This document shows, piece by piece, positions 12,139-25,300 of a stretch of 64,000 nt of DNA. Each line of letters begins with the position of its first letter. Position 1 is the first letter of the stretch. Below the pieces are notes generated by a model. The model made no database searches. It was not told where the DNA came from and worked only from the letters and a program-made list of their open reading frames with translations. The stretch is from Takakia lepidozioides (Eukaryota > Plantae > Bryophyta): contig CM060732.1 in NCBI GenBank assembly GCA_030704615.1, positions 16,864,001 to 16,928,000 of the forward strand, read 5' to 3'. A program made the translations under genes and the position numbers.

Positions 12139-13830
12139 GGACAACCGCAATCGCAAGGAGTGGCTTTTCTTAATGTACGATGTGAAGATGTTTGTCCATC
12201 CTGCAAATGTGGGCTCTTAGTACCATGATTTGGTATTCTTCATGATGTTTACAACGTTCTTGGGAGAGTCTGCTTGGTCTTAGCAAGCCGTGTTTCAATC
12301 TCCGCCCGCTCAGCTTGCATCGTGGTGGTTCTCGCAGACCAATCCTCTCGCAGACCAATCCGACATTACCTGACTACAGACACAAGCAGCACACACAAGA
12401 GGTGGTCTGGGTCATGACACAAGGTCGAGGACAATGTGGTGAGGGCACCTTCTTCGACGTCTTTCAGCCTGTTTTGCCCGCTCATCAGACTCGGCCCTGA
12501 ATTTGCAGCACGGAGCAGAGCAGGCATGAATTTTGTAAAGATCCTTCACGATGGTGCGACAACCGCAATCGCAAGGTGTGGCTGTTTCTTAATGTACGAT
12601 GTGAAGAAGTTTGTCCATCATGTAAATGTGGGTTGTTGGCTCCTGTTAGTACCATGATTTGGTATTCTTCCTGATGTTTACAAGGTTCTTGGGGGAGAGC
12701 TTGGTCTTAGCATGCCGTGTTTCAATCTCTGCTCAGCTGCACCGTGGTTGTTCTCACAAACCAATCCGATAGTTCCTGACGATGGACACAATCAGCACAC
12801 ACAAGAGGATCTTTGGGTTGATGGTCTGTCAAATCCTCCATGGGTCATGACACAAGGTCAAGGTCGACAATGTGGTGAGGGCACCTTCTTCTTCAACCTA
12901 TTTCTGCCTGTTTTACCCTCTCATCAGACTCGGCCCTGAGATGCATATTGAATTCTGTAAGTCAGCTCGTTGGGTGGATCTGTGGTGGTTAGGAGTGACT
13001 TTGACAAGTTACTGCCGATGTGGCAGCAGGAAAGTATCCAAAAACAGATAACATAGATTAGGAGAGGCTCGTTGGTGGATCTATGGTGGTTTTGGAGTGA
13101 TTCTGATATGTTACTATAGGTAGGGTTAGGGCGTCAGTGTCAGCTGCTTCAGCTGCTAGCTGCAGCAAGGCAAGGATATGTGCATGATTTGTGCAGAGGT
13201 CTGGATAGCTGAGTGGGTCCAGATTCATCCAAGAGGGCCGAATTTCAAGCTCCAGATTACCTATGATTCCCTGTGGAAGGATAGCTACACGAAACCTGCA
13301 TGGGTAGATGGTGAACTGGAAGCCACAGCACCAGCGGCTCAATTGATAAAATTAGGCACTGCTAATGAAGGTACCTTCTTCAACAGATTTCACCCTGTTT
13401 TTCCCTCTTATCAGAATTGGCCCTAAATTTTCATGTTGAATTCTGATACTTTTCTGACCCCAGGCAATGGCGGGACAATCGAGGCAAAAAGGTGAATGCT
13501 TGTTGGATTACAAAGAGTAGCAGATGCAATTGACCATATGAACTAGTGTGATAAGTTGAGTTAGGTGTTTCCTAGAACAAATCTATGCTGTCATTGTCAG
13601 GTGCTAGCAGTAAGGCAAGGATGCAGTATGCATGATTTGTGCAGAGGCATGGATAGCTGAAGGAGCAGGGATAGAGTGTGGGTCCAGGTTCATCCAAGAG
13701 GGCTGGACTTCAAGCTCCAGATTACCTATGATTCCATGTGGATCAATAGCTACAAGAAACCTGCATGGGTAGATGGTCAAGTAAAGGTAGCAGCTGCAGC
13801 GGCACAGTTGATAAAATCAAGCACCTCAAC
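12139..13830 (+). repeat. Local duplications upstream of the PPR pseudogene (about 12139-12500 vs 12558-12939; about 13150-13345 vs 13600-13815)
   Basis: Near-identical blocks, e.g. GACAACCGCAATCGCAAGG twice and CATGATTTGTGCAGAGG twice. The CTCATCAGACTCGGCCCTGA motif is seen three times, with the third copy diverged. Confidence 0.75.
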
Positions 13831-13889
13831 CATGACCACAGCTTCTGAAAGAGCATCAAGAGAGGGAGTCCACAATGCCTCTTCTGTTG

Positions 13890-16375
13890 GGCATGTGAAG
13901 ATCCTTGTGAGGCAGGCAGACTGACAGAGGCTCTACAACTTTAAACTAACAAGGCATTTCAGCAGATTCAGATACGTCTTCTGTCTCTTGCTTAAGTGCA
14001 TCAAGATGAAAGGTCTGGAAGCTGGAAACAGGTGCACACTCACATTATCCAAAGTGATTAACGCCAAATGTTTTTCTACTCAACACCCTTGTCAACATGT
14101 ATGTTAAGTGTGGGAGCATCATGGATGCTCACCAGGTTTTCCACAGAATGCCTCGACCATCTTTGATCACGTGGAATATAATGTTGGCAGGATTTACCAA
14201 GCATGGGTGTGGTAGGAATGCTTTGGAGACCTATGAGCAAATGTTGCACATCACGTTCGTTTGTGTTTGCAATTCGTGTGCAAGCCTGGGAGCCCTGGAA
14301 AAGGGGAAAGAGGTCCATGATGACATCGTGAAAGCTGGAATTGTACCAGATGTGATTCTGAACAACACCCTCGGGGACATACATGTCAAATGTGGGCATT
14401 GAGGACGTGGAGGGAGTGTTCAACAATATGGCTGAACGAGATTTGGTGTCATGGAACGCCATGCTTGCAGGGTATGCACTACAGGGGGGCGGGATGGAGG
14501 CCTTGGAGACCTATGAGCAAATGATGGTGGAAGGGGTGAAGCGCAACCACATCGCGTTTGTGTGCGTTTGCAGTGCGTGTGCAAGCCTGGCAGCCCTGGA
14601 AAAGGGCAAAGAGGTGCATGGTTGCATCGCCAAAGCTTGAATTGTACCAAATGTGATTATGAACAATACCCTCATGGACATGTATGCCAAATGTGGGTGC
14701 ATTGAGGATGCGTAGGGAGTGTTCGACAATATGGCTCAACAAAACGTGGTGTTGTGGAACGTGATGATCGCAGGATATGCCTAGCATGGTCATAGGGAGG
14801 TCCTGCAACTATTTGAAGGAAATGCAAAAGAATGGCTTGAAGCCGGACAGTCTCACCTTTATATGTGTTCTCTTTGCATGCAGCCACACTGGCCTACTGA
14901 ATGAAGGAAATCAAGATCATGGTGTCACTCCGATGAAAGGAGGCGGGGTATGTGTCTGATACGCGCTTTGTATTGCATGATGTGGGGGAGGAGGAAAAGG
15001 AATTTTCTCTTTGCCACCACAGTGAGAGGCTGGTCATTGGTTTTGGGTTGATCAGGTTTGTGTGCGGTTGCAGTGCGTGTGCAAGCCTGGCAGCCCTGGA
15101 AGAGGGCAAAGAGGCCCATGGCAACATTGTCAGAGCTGATGTGGTGTCGTAGAACTCGATGCTTGCAGGGTATGCACAGCAGGGGCACTGGATGGAGGCT
15201 TTGGCTCCAGATGTTGTGCTTGGCACACTATGTAAACCCACTATGTAAGACCAGGGAGTAGTTGAGCAGCTCAGTCTCAACCCTTTCCTAGTGCCAACAA
15301 ATGATGTGGATTCACGCCAAAAAGGTCTGGAAGCTGGAAAGCAGGTACACACTCACAAGCATCGCAGGGTATGCAGAGCAGGGCGTGGGATGGTGGATTT
15401 GGAGACCTATGATCAAATGATGGGGGAAGGGGTGAAGCCCCAACCACATCACGTTTTTGTGTGATTGCAATGCTTATGCAAGCCTGGCAGCCCTGGAAAA
15501 GGTCAAAGAGGTCTATGTTGACATTGTCAAAGCTGGAATTGTACCAGATGTCATTCTGAACTCTGCCCTGGTGGACATGTATGCCCAATGTGGGTGCATT
15601 GAGGATGCAAAGCAAGGAACTTATGTGTACTCTGTTTATATACTGGGTTGGCAGGGAGGCTTTGGAGATTGTGAATGGATGATGCTTGCAGGGTATGCAC
15701 AACAGGGACATGGTATGGAGGCTTTGGAGACCTATGATCAAATATTGATGGGGGAAGGGGTGAAGCCCAACCACATCACGTTGCAGCATACTGGTACTTC
15801 ACAGCCATGGCGGCTCTCTCAGCCCCTCCATTTTTTTTTCTTTTGGTTTTTTTGGCGCTGGGAGAGAGCAGCAGCTCTGCTGTCTCCTTCCCCTTGCTTA
15901 TGCCGATCGTTAAAGGGGAAATTGTCATTCTGAACTCTGCCTTGGTGGACATGTATGCCAAATGTGGGTGCAGCAAGCCTGATGTGAAGGGAGAGTTTGA
16001 CAATATGGCTGAACGAGTTGTGGTATTTTGGAGTGCCATGATTGCAAGGTATGTGCAGCATGGGTATGGGATTAAGGCTTTGGAAACATAAGAGCAAATG
16101 ATATGGGAAGGGATGAAGCCAGACCAGGCCGTCATGTTCATTTGTTTTTGTAATATGCATATGCGAGCCTAGCAGCCCTGGGAAGGGGCAAAGAGGTTTA
16201 TGGTGACATTATCCAAGCTGGAATTGTACCAGATGTCATTCTGAACATTCCCCTGGTGTACATCTACGTCAAATGTGAGCCTGGAAGCCATCAAAAGGGC
16301 ACAAAGGTCCATGATGACATCGTCAAAGCTGGAATTGTCACTCTAAACACTGCCTTGGTGGATATGTATTTCAAG
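13890..16375 (+). pseudogene. PLS-class PPR (RNA-editing factor) pseudogene cluster with a partial DYW domain
   Basis: Repeated P-L-S motifs ([49 protein letters not shown]), LFACSHTGL, and a DYW start ([25 protein letters not shown]) at about 14950-15050. Many stops and frameshifts. Confidence 0.92.
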
Positions 16376-17441
16376 GCAGCCCTGGAAGTGGATGTCACTT
16401 TGGGTGACAAGGTAGCTGGCACCACCATTCTCTGGAACTACCTGAATTCATTCTCAAAATGATTTCTAATGTTCTCTTGACATGTCCACGATAGTGCTGG
16501 ACCTAGCTGCACAGCAGATTATCCTTACTCAATGACTTCAGTTGGGATCTATGGATATGGCAACATGGCCCTCATGTTGGTCATTTGTAGAATGTGGCCA
16601 AAACTTGTTTTGCAAATCACTCTTGATATAAAACCAGTTTTGAGCCATCCAAATGTTTTTGGTTCCGACCTGTATTTGTATTCTATGTTTTGTTGTATTT
16701 GTAATATATTTTCAATGCAATGCAGCGAATCAAAAAATTTAAATACAATATCCACTAATTCACATACGTACAGATATAAACTAAAAGTAAATGAAAAAAA
16801 CGAAATAACAGTAATAAACAAAAAACCAAATATTAAATAAAAAGCCTCCCAATTCATATATATATTAATATATTAATATATTAATATGTCTATATGTATA
16901 TACACCTCCAGAGTGAAACATATTTACTAAAATGTGTCCTCTTTTACTGCTTCACAGTAGAATATTACAATATAGAAAGTGAAGCAAACTCACTATCACT
17001 GATTTACAGTCAAACCGTATACTAAACATCATGGAATATGTTCCACTTCAGTTAAACCACTTTACTACATGTCATGCATCCACGCCACTCTGCCCTTAAG
17101 CCACTCACTACACATCATGCATCCACCTTATAATTCAGTTAAACCACTTTACTACACATCATAGCCACGTCATAGCCACGTCATAATGTGCTGCCTACAC
17201 GTCACCCCCTAGGTTGTACTGTCACATTTCACTGTCAGAACCTGGCATCTGGATTCGACTGCTTGACTGAAACGACTTGACCTTTGTTACGCATGCGCGA
17301 CTGTGGAGGCTGGGAGTAAAAATGTCGCAAATGACTCAAAAATGAGTCAAATACAGAGTCGAAAAGCCCAGCTTGTATTGTAGTGCACGTTTGAAGAACC
17401 TGCCAGTGCTCTTCCTCTTCACATCCCATAGCATATTGGTA

Positions 17442-17580
17442 GGGGAATGCTAGAGTGTGAGCCCAGCCCAGGAGCCTATGAGCCCAAGAGCCTGACGTGA
17501 GCCCAGTCCACGTGGCATGAAAATTGGGGAAGATGCGGGGTGTATTTCCGCTGAAGATGACCTATTACCGAGGAAACACG
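17442..17580 (+). repeat. Left terminus and subterminal repeats of a Mutator-like DNA transposon family
   Basis: GGGGAATGCT start followed by TGAGCC repeats and a TATTTCCG motif, as at 19375. Confidence 0.6.
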
Positions 17581-18069
17581 TCTTTATCCACATTACCCAG
17601 CTTGTAACCCCAAACTCAAACCCCAACCCTTATCAACCTTATCAACCCACCTCAACCCCGACAGTCAACCTTCACCATCCAGCGCCTGTGCATGATACTG
17701 CGCACCGACATCCATGGACCATCCATCCATGCAACATCCATCCACAATCCACATAATCATCCATCATCCATCCAACAAATATTGGATGACTGTCATATGT
17801 TGAATGACTATCTACTCAACTATCTACATATTCAGCTCTGGTGAATGACTTTTATGGCATGCAGACGGTTGAAATGGAGAGCAATGTTGCCAAGGAAATT
17901 ACTTTGAAATTGGTGGAACGCAATTGGTGAGAATGTTTTCCTTGGGGAATGTGATGTTCATTGTAATCCTGACTTTAACATAAGTTGGCAAGAAAAAGAT
18001 GGTGCAACGGAAAACGGAGAATGTATCCCCTCATGTACGATAAATGGGGCATTTCAAGTACATGCGGAG

Positions 18070-18310
18070 GTGCTGTCTGCACTGCTAGAACTACAGCTAC
18101 CACCTGAAACCCTATATTTGAAAGACTTGTGCTGGAGCCCTCCTCCTACTTACGTCCTTCCCGACTACGCGGAAGGCATTGCTCGTGTGCAAGCAGCTAC
18201 GCTTTCTTCCCCACCCTTGCATCGAAGTTTCAGGAACTCACTCAGGCACCTCCGGGCAAAGGTCTTCATAGATGATAGTGCAGCAGTATTCGGGCCACGG
18301 GAGAGCGGTT
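18070..18310 (+). pseudogene. C-terminal exon remnant of the ParB-MTase family, inverted relative to the adjacent MTase exons
   Basis: PPTYVLPDYAEGIARV...AKVFIDDSA aligns with PHSFVMPTYADAIANI...ARVYVDDIA (about 28.0-28.1 kb, -) and RDYILPTYAARLASV...ARRFVLDSA (about 43.8-43.9 kb, -). Confidence 0.65.
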
Positions 18311-18414
18311 ACAATCCTGCCACAGAAATGAAACATTTGCGTAACAATCAGATAACAGAAGGGGAGGGGAGAGAGCATATGCACATGAGCAGATATAGAC
18401 GAAATAAACTTACC

Positions 18415-18960
18415 ACATGAAAGTCATCGTCCAGGTCCTTGTTGTCTCCGTCGTTGATATCAATTGGCGCAATGACCTCCTTCACATTGGCAGTAGATGT
18501 GCTCCCTTGCAACTCAGCGAGGAGGCAATTGAAAATGTCCGCATCCCCTTCCATACCAAACAAGTGCCTGCCCCCTGCCTTGCAAGCATGGTAAGAAGCG
18601 CCTGCAAGAGACAAAATGAAGAATGTGAGTATTACAATGTTGAGTAAAGGTGGTCATGAAAAGAAAGCGATGATAAAGGGAAGAAGAGAAACACGTGCCG
18701 AGAGTCGAATCTATGATGCGAGCCCTAGACCGAGAACAAGTCTCAATGATCGTTTGAATAAAAGCAGGGCTTTTCTCACGGGCCCCTCTCCATGGCGTTC
18801 CATTTGGCTTTCGCAAATATACGTTCGAGTCAACATAGTTGTAGTGCATGTCGTCGACAACAGGATCAAACTTCTCGTTTATGAAACCTCCTCCCCCATG
18901 AAGCTCAAACTCCTTCACTGTGGCAGGAGTGGAAGGAGGATGTACCCTCACGAGACAGAC
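18415..18960 (-). pseudogene. DNA amino-methyltransferase (N6_N4_Mtase-like, beta class) C-terminal exons, family copy 1
   Basis: Spliced translation PWRGAREKSPAFIQTIIETCSRSRARIIDSTLGT|xASYHACKAGGRHLFGMEGD corresponds to motifs X, I and II. Intron at about 18693-18603. Confidence 0.75.
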
Positions 18961-19874
18961 GGCCTCAAATAGACGGGTCTGCGAGGAAGAGGAGAATAAT
19001 TAGTGATGAATGTTTCATAGCACATCTGAGGCGGACTGCAGACGTAGTGAGTAGTCCAGCAACGCGAGCTCTCCCTAGACAAATTCCATTGTGTCTTTTG
19101 TAGACTGGTTCATGTGTGGTTTTGCAATTTGCATCCCATGCACCCCGCTATGTTGCCATCTCTACTGTTCCCTATCTATCATATCCTTGTGAACGTTGTT
19201 TTTTTCTCTACAGCAGTGCTTGAATGATCCCCGTATTTCCATGTCTTTGCACAAACAACGATCATACACCCAACTGGATTCATCTTGGCTGTGATGCCAA
19301 TTTAGCCGGTTCATTTGCATAATGCAAACGCTACATTCCTGACAACGACAGGCACAAACAGCCTTGTGGGCGTTGGGGAATGCTTGCGCGTGAGCCTATG
19401 AGCCTGTGAGCCCAGCCAGGCTCACGCCACATCAGCAAGGTTTCCCACGTGCAGGACCTAATTCCGCGGATGCCACCTATTTCCGCGGAACTGTAGGCGA
19501 CTACCACGCCCCAGATTTGCCAGCATTAATTTCCGAGAAGTCTCATCCCTCATCCAAATCTTAGTCGGATGAGAAATCACGGGTGGTTTGTGGATGATTT
19601 TTGTCCACGGACACAAAATATTTCAGAGAGTACAATGTCATGTTGCGTAATGAACACGAAGGAGAATGAGTTTGTTCTAAAGAAGTTCCGTCCCCCCAAT
19701 TCACATCCACTTTTACGTTCTCCAGACAAACACCAGGAAATCCCTAAAGCGTCTTTGCGGTTTATGAAAAAACATGGTGCAGAACAGGTTGGCAAGACTT
19801 ACAATGCAAGACACGAAACGAAGAACAACAGGGCCAGCAACCATACAAAATGCAAAAAACAGTCCTAAAAAAGA

Positions 19875-20645
19875 ATGCTTTCATTTCTCAAATCAAGGTT
19901 GCGTCAACGCAAGGTCGATTTGCATCACCCTCCAAAAAAAAAAAAAAAAAAAAAAAAAACACTTTCATTTCTCAAATCAAGGTTGCGTCAACGCAAGGTT
20001 GATTTGCATCACCCCCCAGGGAGAATAATCAAAATCAAAATCAAAAATCAAAAATCAAAAAATCAAAAAATGATGCTTTCATTTCTCAAATCAAGGTTGC
20101 GTCAACGCAAGGTTGATTTGCATCACTCCCCAAGGAGAAAGAAAAAAACAAATCTTCAAAAATGATGCTTTCATTCTTAAATCAAGGTTGCGTCAACGCA
20201 AGGTTGATTTGCATCACCCCCCAGGGAGGAAAAAAATCAAAAAATCAAAAAATCAAAATATGATGCTTTCATTTCTCAAGTCAAGGTTGCGTCAACGCAA
20301 GGTTGATTTGCATCACCCCCATGGAGAAATAAAAAATAAAAAATAAAATGAAGTCGTATGTCTGTCGGTGTATGTCACGTCATCAATCGTGTTGTGCGTG
20401 CGTTTACCATTTGTTGCATTCGTTCCTCAAACTCATTTGTTCATTTGCGAACACATCAAGTCACATTCAAATGAACATTCTCGGAAATCAACCTCGTGTT
20501 AATACAAGGTTGGTTTCGAGAACTTCAAATCAACGTCGTGTTAACACAAGGTTGATATCAGTTCTAAGAAATCAACCTCGTGTTAATACAAGGTTCATTT
20601 CAAGTTCTCTGAAATCAACCTCGTGTTAACACAAGGTTGATCTCT
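19875..20645. repeat. Array of nine 32-bp imperfect palindromes (five inside about 55-bp units with A-rich spacers, four at about 42-bp period)
   Basis: AAATCAAGGTTGCGTCAACGCAAGGTTGATTT x5 and AAATCAACCTCGTGTTAA(C/T)ACAAGGTTGATTT-like x4. Confidence 0.9.
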
Positions 20646-20754
20646 GTGGACGCCCTAAACCCTTAACCCATCTTACCTTCAGATGGTGAAATCCCACGGT
20701 TATAGGCTCCACGGTTATAGGCCCACCATCTTTGTGGTGACGTGGCACAACCTT

Positions 20755-21482
20755 TCTCGCACACCTCACTTCGGTAAACTCCCCTTCAAGTCATAGTTAC
20801 TCGCTTTGATGCGCGCGCCTGACTCCCAACCTGGCCGCCGGGCCAACTTGGAGCTTCGGCTACTCACCGGGACATAACGGTCCCCCTTCGCTCCCCACAA
20901 AACCCTCCACCTATTTGGGCCTAGTGGAATTCCCTTTGGTAGATGGCAGTCCGGAACAGCTCCCCACTCTTTGGTCGCTTTCCGGCACGCTCGCTCACTC
21001 TCTAGTTTTTGGACACCAACGGGCTTGCACCGTTCTCGGGGTTACTACTCCCTATATATACTTCTGTAGCTGTCCGCGGGGGTTTCATAACCAGCCATGC
21101 CATTTTATGGCGAACCACCACGAAAACCCTCGACTCCCGGTGATGAGTCGCGGTGAGTCTTGGCCCACTCACCACGGCCCCAATGGACCGTGATGAGTCC
21201 CAAGACTCCCCACGACTCCCACCACGAGGTCTCCGCCCCCATGGTGAGTCCTATGCCACCCCCACTAAGTCCCGCTAAGCTACCACCACCCCTTGTGGAG
21301 CCACCCCCACCGCAACCCGGTGTGCGGGGCTCCACCTAGTGAGCGCCTCCGCCTCCTTGAGTGCCTTGGGCACTCAAGGGTGCTTCAGCCCCCCATACCT
21401 ATCGCTGCCGCTGCCGCCCCCACCACAGGGGTAGCCCCTCATGTGTCCCGACCCCCTGCCCTCAAGGCAAAGGGCCGCGACA
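20755..21482 (-). repeat. 3' LTR of copy C (728 bp; terminal CA mutated to GA)
   Basis: Near-identical to 27005-27729. Confidence 0.95.
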
Positions 21483-22387
21483 CACACCCCTACCAACAGG
21501 GAGTCGATGTCCTCATCGACTTGTCCATTTTGTAGAAACGAACATCCAAGTTGTGGCGTCCCACATCAAGGAGTTTGTTTCCGTACCATGGCGTCCCATG
21601 GCAAAGAACCAAACCCCACACTTGACTCTACTCTCCACTAGCTAGTTTGGCCGACTTCCTCCAAGTCCCGGCCAAGGGTGGAGCCTCTCCAGCTCCTCCC
21701 AGTGCACTCTTCTTGGCCTACTTCAAGGCCAAGGAACGATCATCCTTGAGGATCGAATCGCCTTACTGCAACAACATTGCTTGCGACCGCTCATGATGCC
21801 GCTTTTGGCATCACCTTGAGCAAGGGTTCACCTGGAACCCTCTTTGACTAGGAAGATAACCTTGAACCAACCGTGCGCCCCAATCACTACAATTGGGTCC
21901 GCCTTGGAATGCTGGCCTGAGGTACGGGAACACGCCGAAGCCGCACTACGACTTCGTCCCGAGGCTACACGATTATAATACGTGAACAGAAGCACGTGGC
22001 TTCCGCGTTAGCCCGCACTACAAGGCAACCCCCTCGGTAGCGCAGTTATAGTACTCGCACGCGCCAGGTGTGCACTAGCACGTGAACTCCCAAAGAAGGC
22101 GCAAGTTTCCTTGCCCCTCGGATGGGGGTCACCCGATTTCGGCACTACACAAACACACGATTAACCCAATTTACCTCTCCCACTTTTATAAGCTAGCATG
22201 CATTCTACACACTAGCTAACCATACCATGCATCACCATTCCAAACAAAATAGGACGCACAACATTTGGAATCCATTTCTTTTATAGCACGTTTTGTACAA
22301 TACAAGTTTTTGCAATCGGATTCCTAAGCTAGCTAAGCCGGGCTAAGCATGCATTTCCTCCCCCACGCTCCAAGGTTGATGTCCCCA

Positions 22388-25300
22388 TCAACGCTTCTTC
22401 CGCTCTTGAGGTCGCCCTTCGAAAACTTCAACCGCCTCGGATGCGTTTCCCATTTCTGAGGCACGCACCCAAGATGCCTCCACCTGATGATAGCCTTTCC
22501 ATTTGACGAGATACTCCGTTTCTCGGTTCTTGAACCTCCTCGACTTAAGTATTGCCTCCACCTCGTACTCAGGTTTATTTTCATGATCCAACAGCATAGG
22601 TGGCGGACGCAACACTTGATGTCGATTCGGACGCACTTCGTCTTTGAAGTAAGGCTTCAAAAGGAAGACATGGAATACTGGGTGCACCTTGCTGTTTGCC
22701 GGCAGCTCCAATTCATACACATCCTCATTCATGACCTTCCGAATGCGAAAGGGTCCCGCATATGGAGGTACGAACTTCGAACTTACTTCCGGAGGTAGTC
22801 GGAAATTCTTGATGTTCAACCAGACCTCCGTGCCTGCCTCAAACTTCACTTCCCTCCGCTTCCAATTCGCCTGCCTTTCATACCGTTTCCTAGCTTTGGC
22901 AATGTTGTACTTTGCGAGCTTCAACAAACGCTCGCGTTCTTCTAGTACCTCCGCTACTGCCGGTTCCTCAACGTCCTGGGCGGCCCAACATGTCGGCACC
23001 AGAGGTGTTTTTCCATAGACCAATACGAAAGGGGAAACTCCCGTTGCGGAGTGTTTTGTGTTATTATAACATAACTCTGCCGCGTCTAAGTGTTCCATCC
23101 AGTCTGATTGGTCTGCCGACACGTAATTCCGCAAGAATTGCTTCACTACGGAATTCACTCTTTCCGTTTGGCCGTCCGTCGTAGGTCGGAATGCGGTGCT
23201 CATCTTCAACCTCGTCCCCATCTTCTTCCAAAGTGTCCTCCAAAATTTACTAGTAAACTTTGGATCGCGGTCCGAGACAATATCCTTCGGGACTCCATGA
23301 TGCTTTAAGACGTGGGCAAAGTAAAGTCGCCCTGTCTCCTGCGCCGTTGCCGTCTCCTTGGTGGGGATGAAATGGCCCATTTTACTGAACCTATCCACCA
23401 CCACCATGATTGCATCGAATCCTTTTGACAACGGCGTAGCAGTCATGAAATCCATCGAGACGCTTTCCCAAGTCCCCTCTGGAATCGGCAAGGGTTGTAA
23501 CAGCCCCGCTTGCTTTTTGTACTCGCTCCGGTTTTGTTGGCATGTGGTGCATGTCTTGACATACTCCTCTGCCTCCTCCCTCAGTTTGGGCCAGAAATAC
23601 TCTTTCTTCAAGAGTGCCGCAGTGCGCTTGGCTCCGTCGTGGCCCGCAAGCGGGCTATCATGGCATTCTCTCAAGAGACTATCCTTGATCCCTCCCTTCG
23701 CCACGTAGAGACGTTTTTGCTTATACCGGAGCAGTCCATTTTGCAAGTGGAACTGCGATTTAACCCCCATCCTCAAGTCCTGCATCACGGACTTCGCCAG
23801 CTCATCCTTCCGGCAAGCCTTCCGGATCTTCCTTTGGAGCGCCGTCTCGCCCTTGTACACCAACAAGAGCTGCTGCTTTATACTTAAAGCATCGGCCACC
23901 ACGTTGTCTCGTCCCGGTTTGTACTGGATATCCACGTCGAACACCGCCAAAGTATCTTGCCACCTAAGTTGTTTTGGGGACAACTTGGGCTGCGTGGCAA
24001 AATACTTCACCGTGACATTGTCCGTGAACACCTTCACTGGGTTGGAACCAACATAGTGGCGCCAAAGCTCAAGACAGTGCACCACCGCCTTCATCTCTTT
24101 TTCGTGCGTCGGCCACCGTCGCTCCACTTCATTCAGTTTCTTACTTTCGTAAGCCACTGGACGTCCATCTTGCATCAGTACACCCCCAATCGCGAAGTCC
24201 GACGCATCTGTATGTATCTCGAACGGACGATCGAACTCCGGGATTTTCAAGACTGGAGCTTCCGCCATCCGCTGCTTCAATTCAGCAAAAGCTTGGCCAC
24301 AAAAGGTGTTCTATGCCCAGACTTTAGATTTACACAGAAGGTCTGACAGCGGCCCTGCAATCTTGGCGAAATTTCTCACATACTTCCGGTAATAGGAGGC
24401 GAGTCCTAGGAAGGATCGCACTCCCGGGACCGAAGTTGGAGGCTCCCAGTCCAAGATCGCCCTCACCTTTCTGTCATCCATTTTGATCCCATCCTGTGTA
24501 ATCACATGCCCCAAGAACTCCACTTTCGTGACCCCGAATTCGCACTTTGAAGCTTTGGCGTACAGCTTCCCTTCTCGCAACTTTTGGAACACCCTTTTGA
24601 GGTGCTCCAGGTGCTCCTCCTTTGTTTTTGAGTACACCTAGATGTCGTCGATGTACACGATCACAAAGTCATCCAACCACTCCTGGAAAAGGCTGTTCAT
24701 CAGCGTGCTAAAGGTCGCAGGTGCATTGGTGAGCCCAAAAGGCATCACCAAGAACTCATATGAACCATACCTTGTCCTGCACGCGGTCTTCTCCTCATCT
24801 CCTTCCGCCAACCGAATTTGGTGATAGTCGGAGCGTAAGTCGATCCGGCTGAAATACTTCGCTCCTGCCAACCGATCGAAGAGGTCGTCGATCCTTGGCA
24901 AAGGGTACCGGTTTTTGATAGTCACCTTATTCAGAGCCCTGTAATCGACACACATCCGCAGCGTCCCATCCTTCTTGTCTGCAAATAGCACCGGGGCTCC
25001 GAAAGGTGACTTACTCGGCCGGATGTACCCCTTTGACATTAGATCCTTGAGCTGAGTCTTCAGCTCGACCAACTCTCTGTGGCTCAACCGGTAGGGCGCC
25101 TTGGCAGGCGGTTCCGATCCCGGTATCACCTCAATCTTGTGGTCAACTCCTCTTCGCGGTGGCAAGCCGCTTGGTAAATCCTCCGGCATCACATCCTGGT
25201 ATTTCTCCAAAATCCCCTTGATCCAATCTGGGCTCGGCTCCCCATCGCCTTCTCCTTTCACTTCTCTAATGTAAAGCAAAAACTGGGGCTCGTGTGCCTC

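Noticed and set aside
19875-20330. CRISPR-like appearance (conserved palindromic repeats with variable spacers)
   Set aside because: Spacers are low-complexity A-rich and related to each other, the repeat is about 55 bp, no cas genes are present, and the context is a eukaryotic TE.
21361-21645. 93-aa antisense ORF recurring in all three chromovirus copies (also 1383-1664 and 6075-6356)
   Set aside because: Non-ATG starts, GC-rich LTR sequence, N-termini differ through indels, and recurrence follows simply from recent common ancestry.
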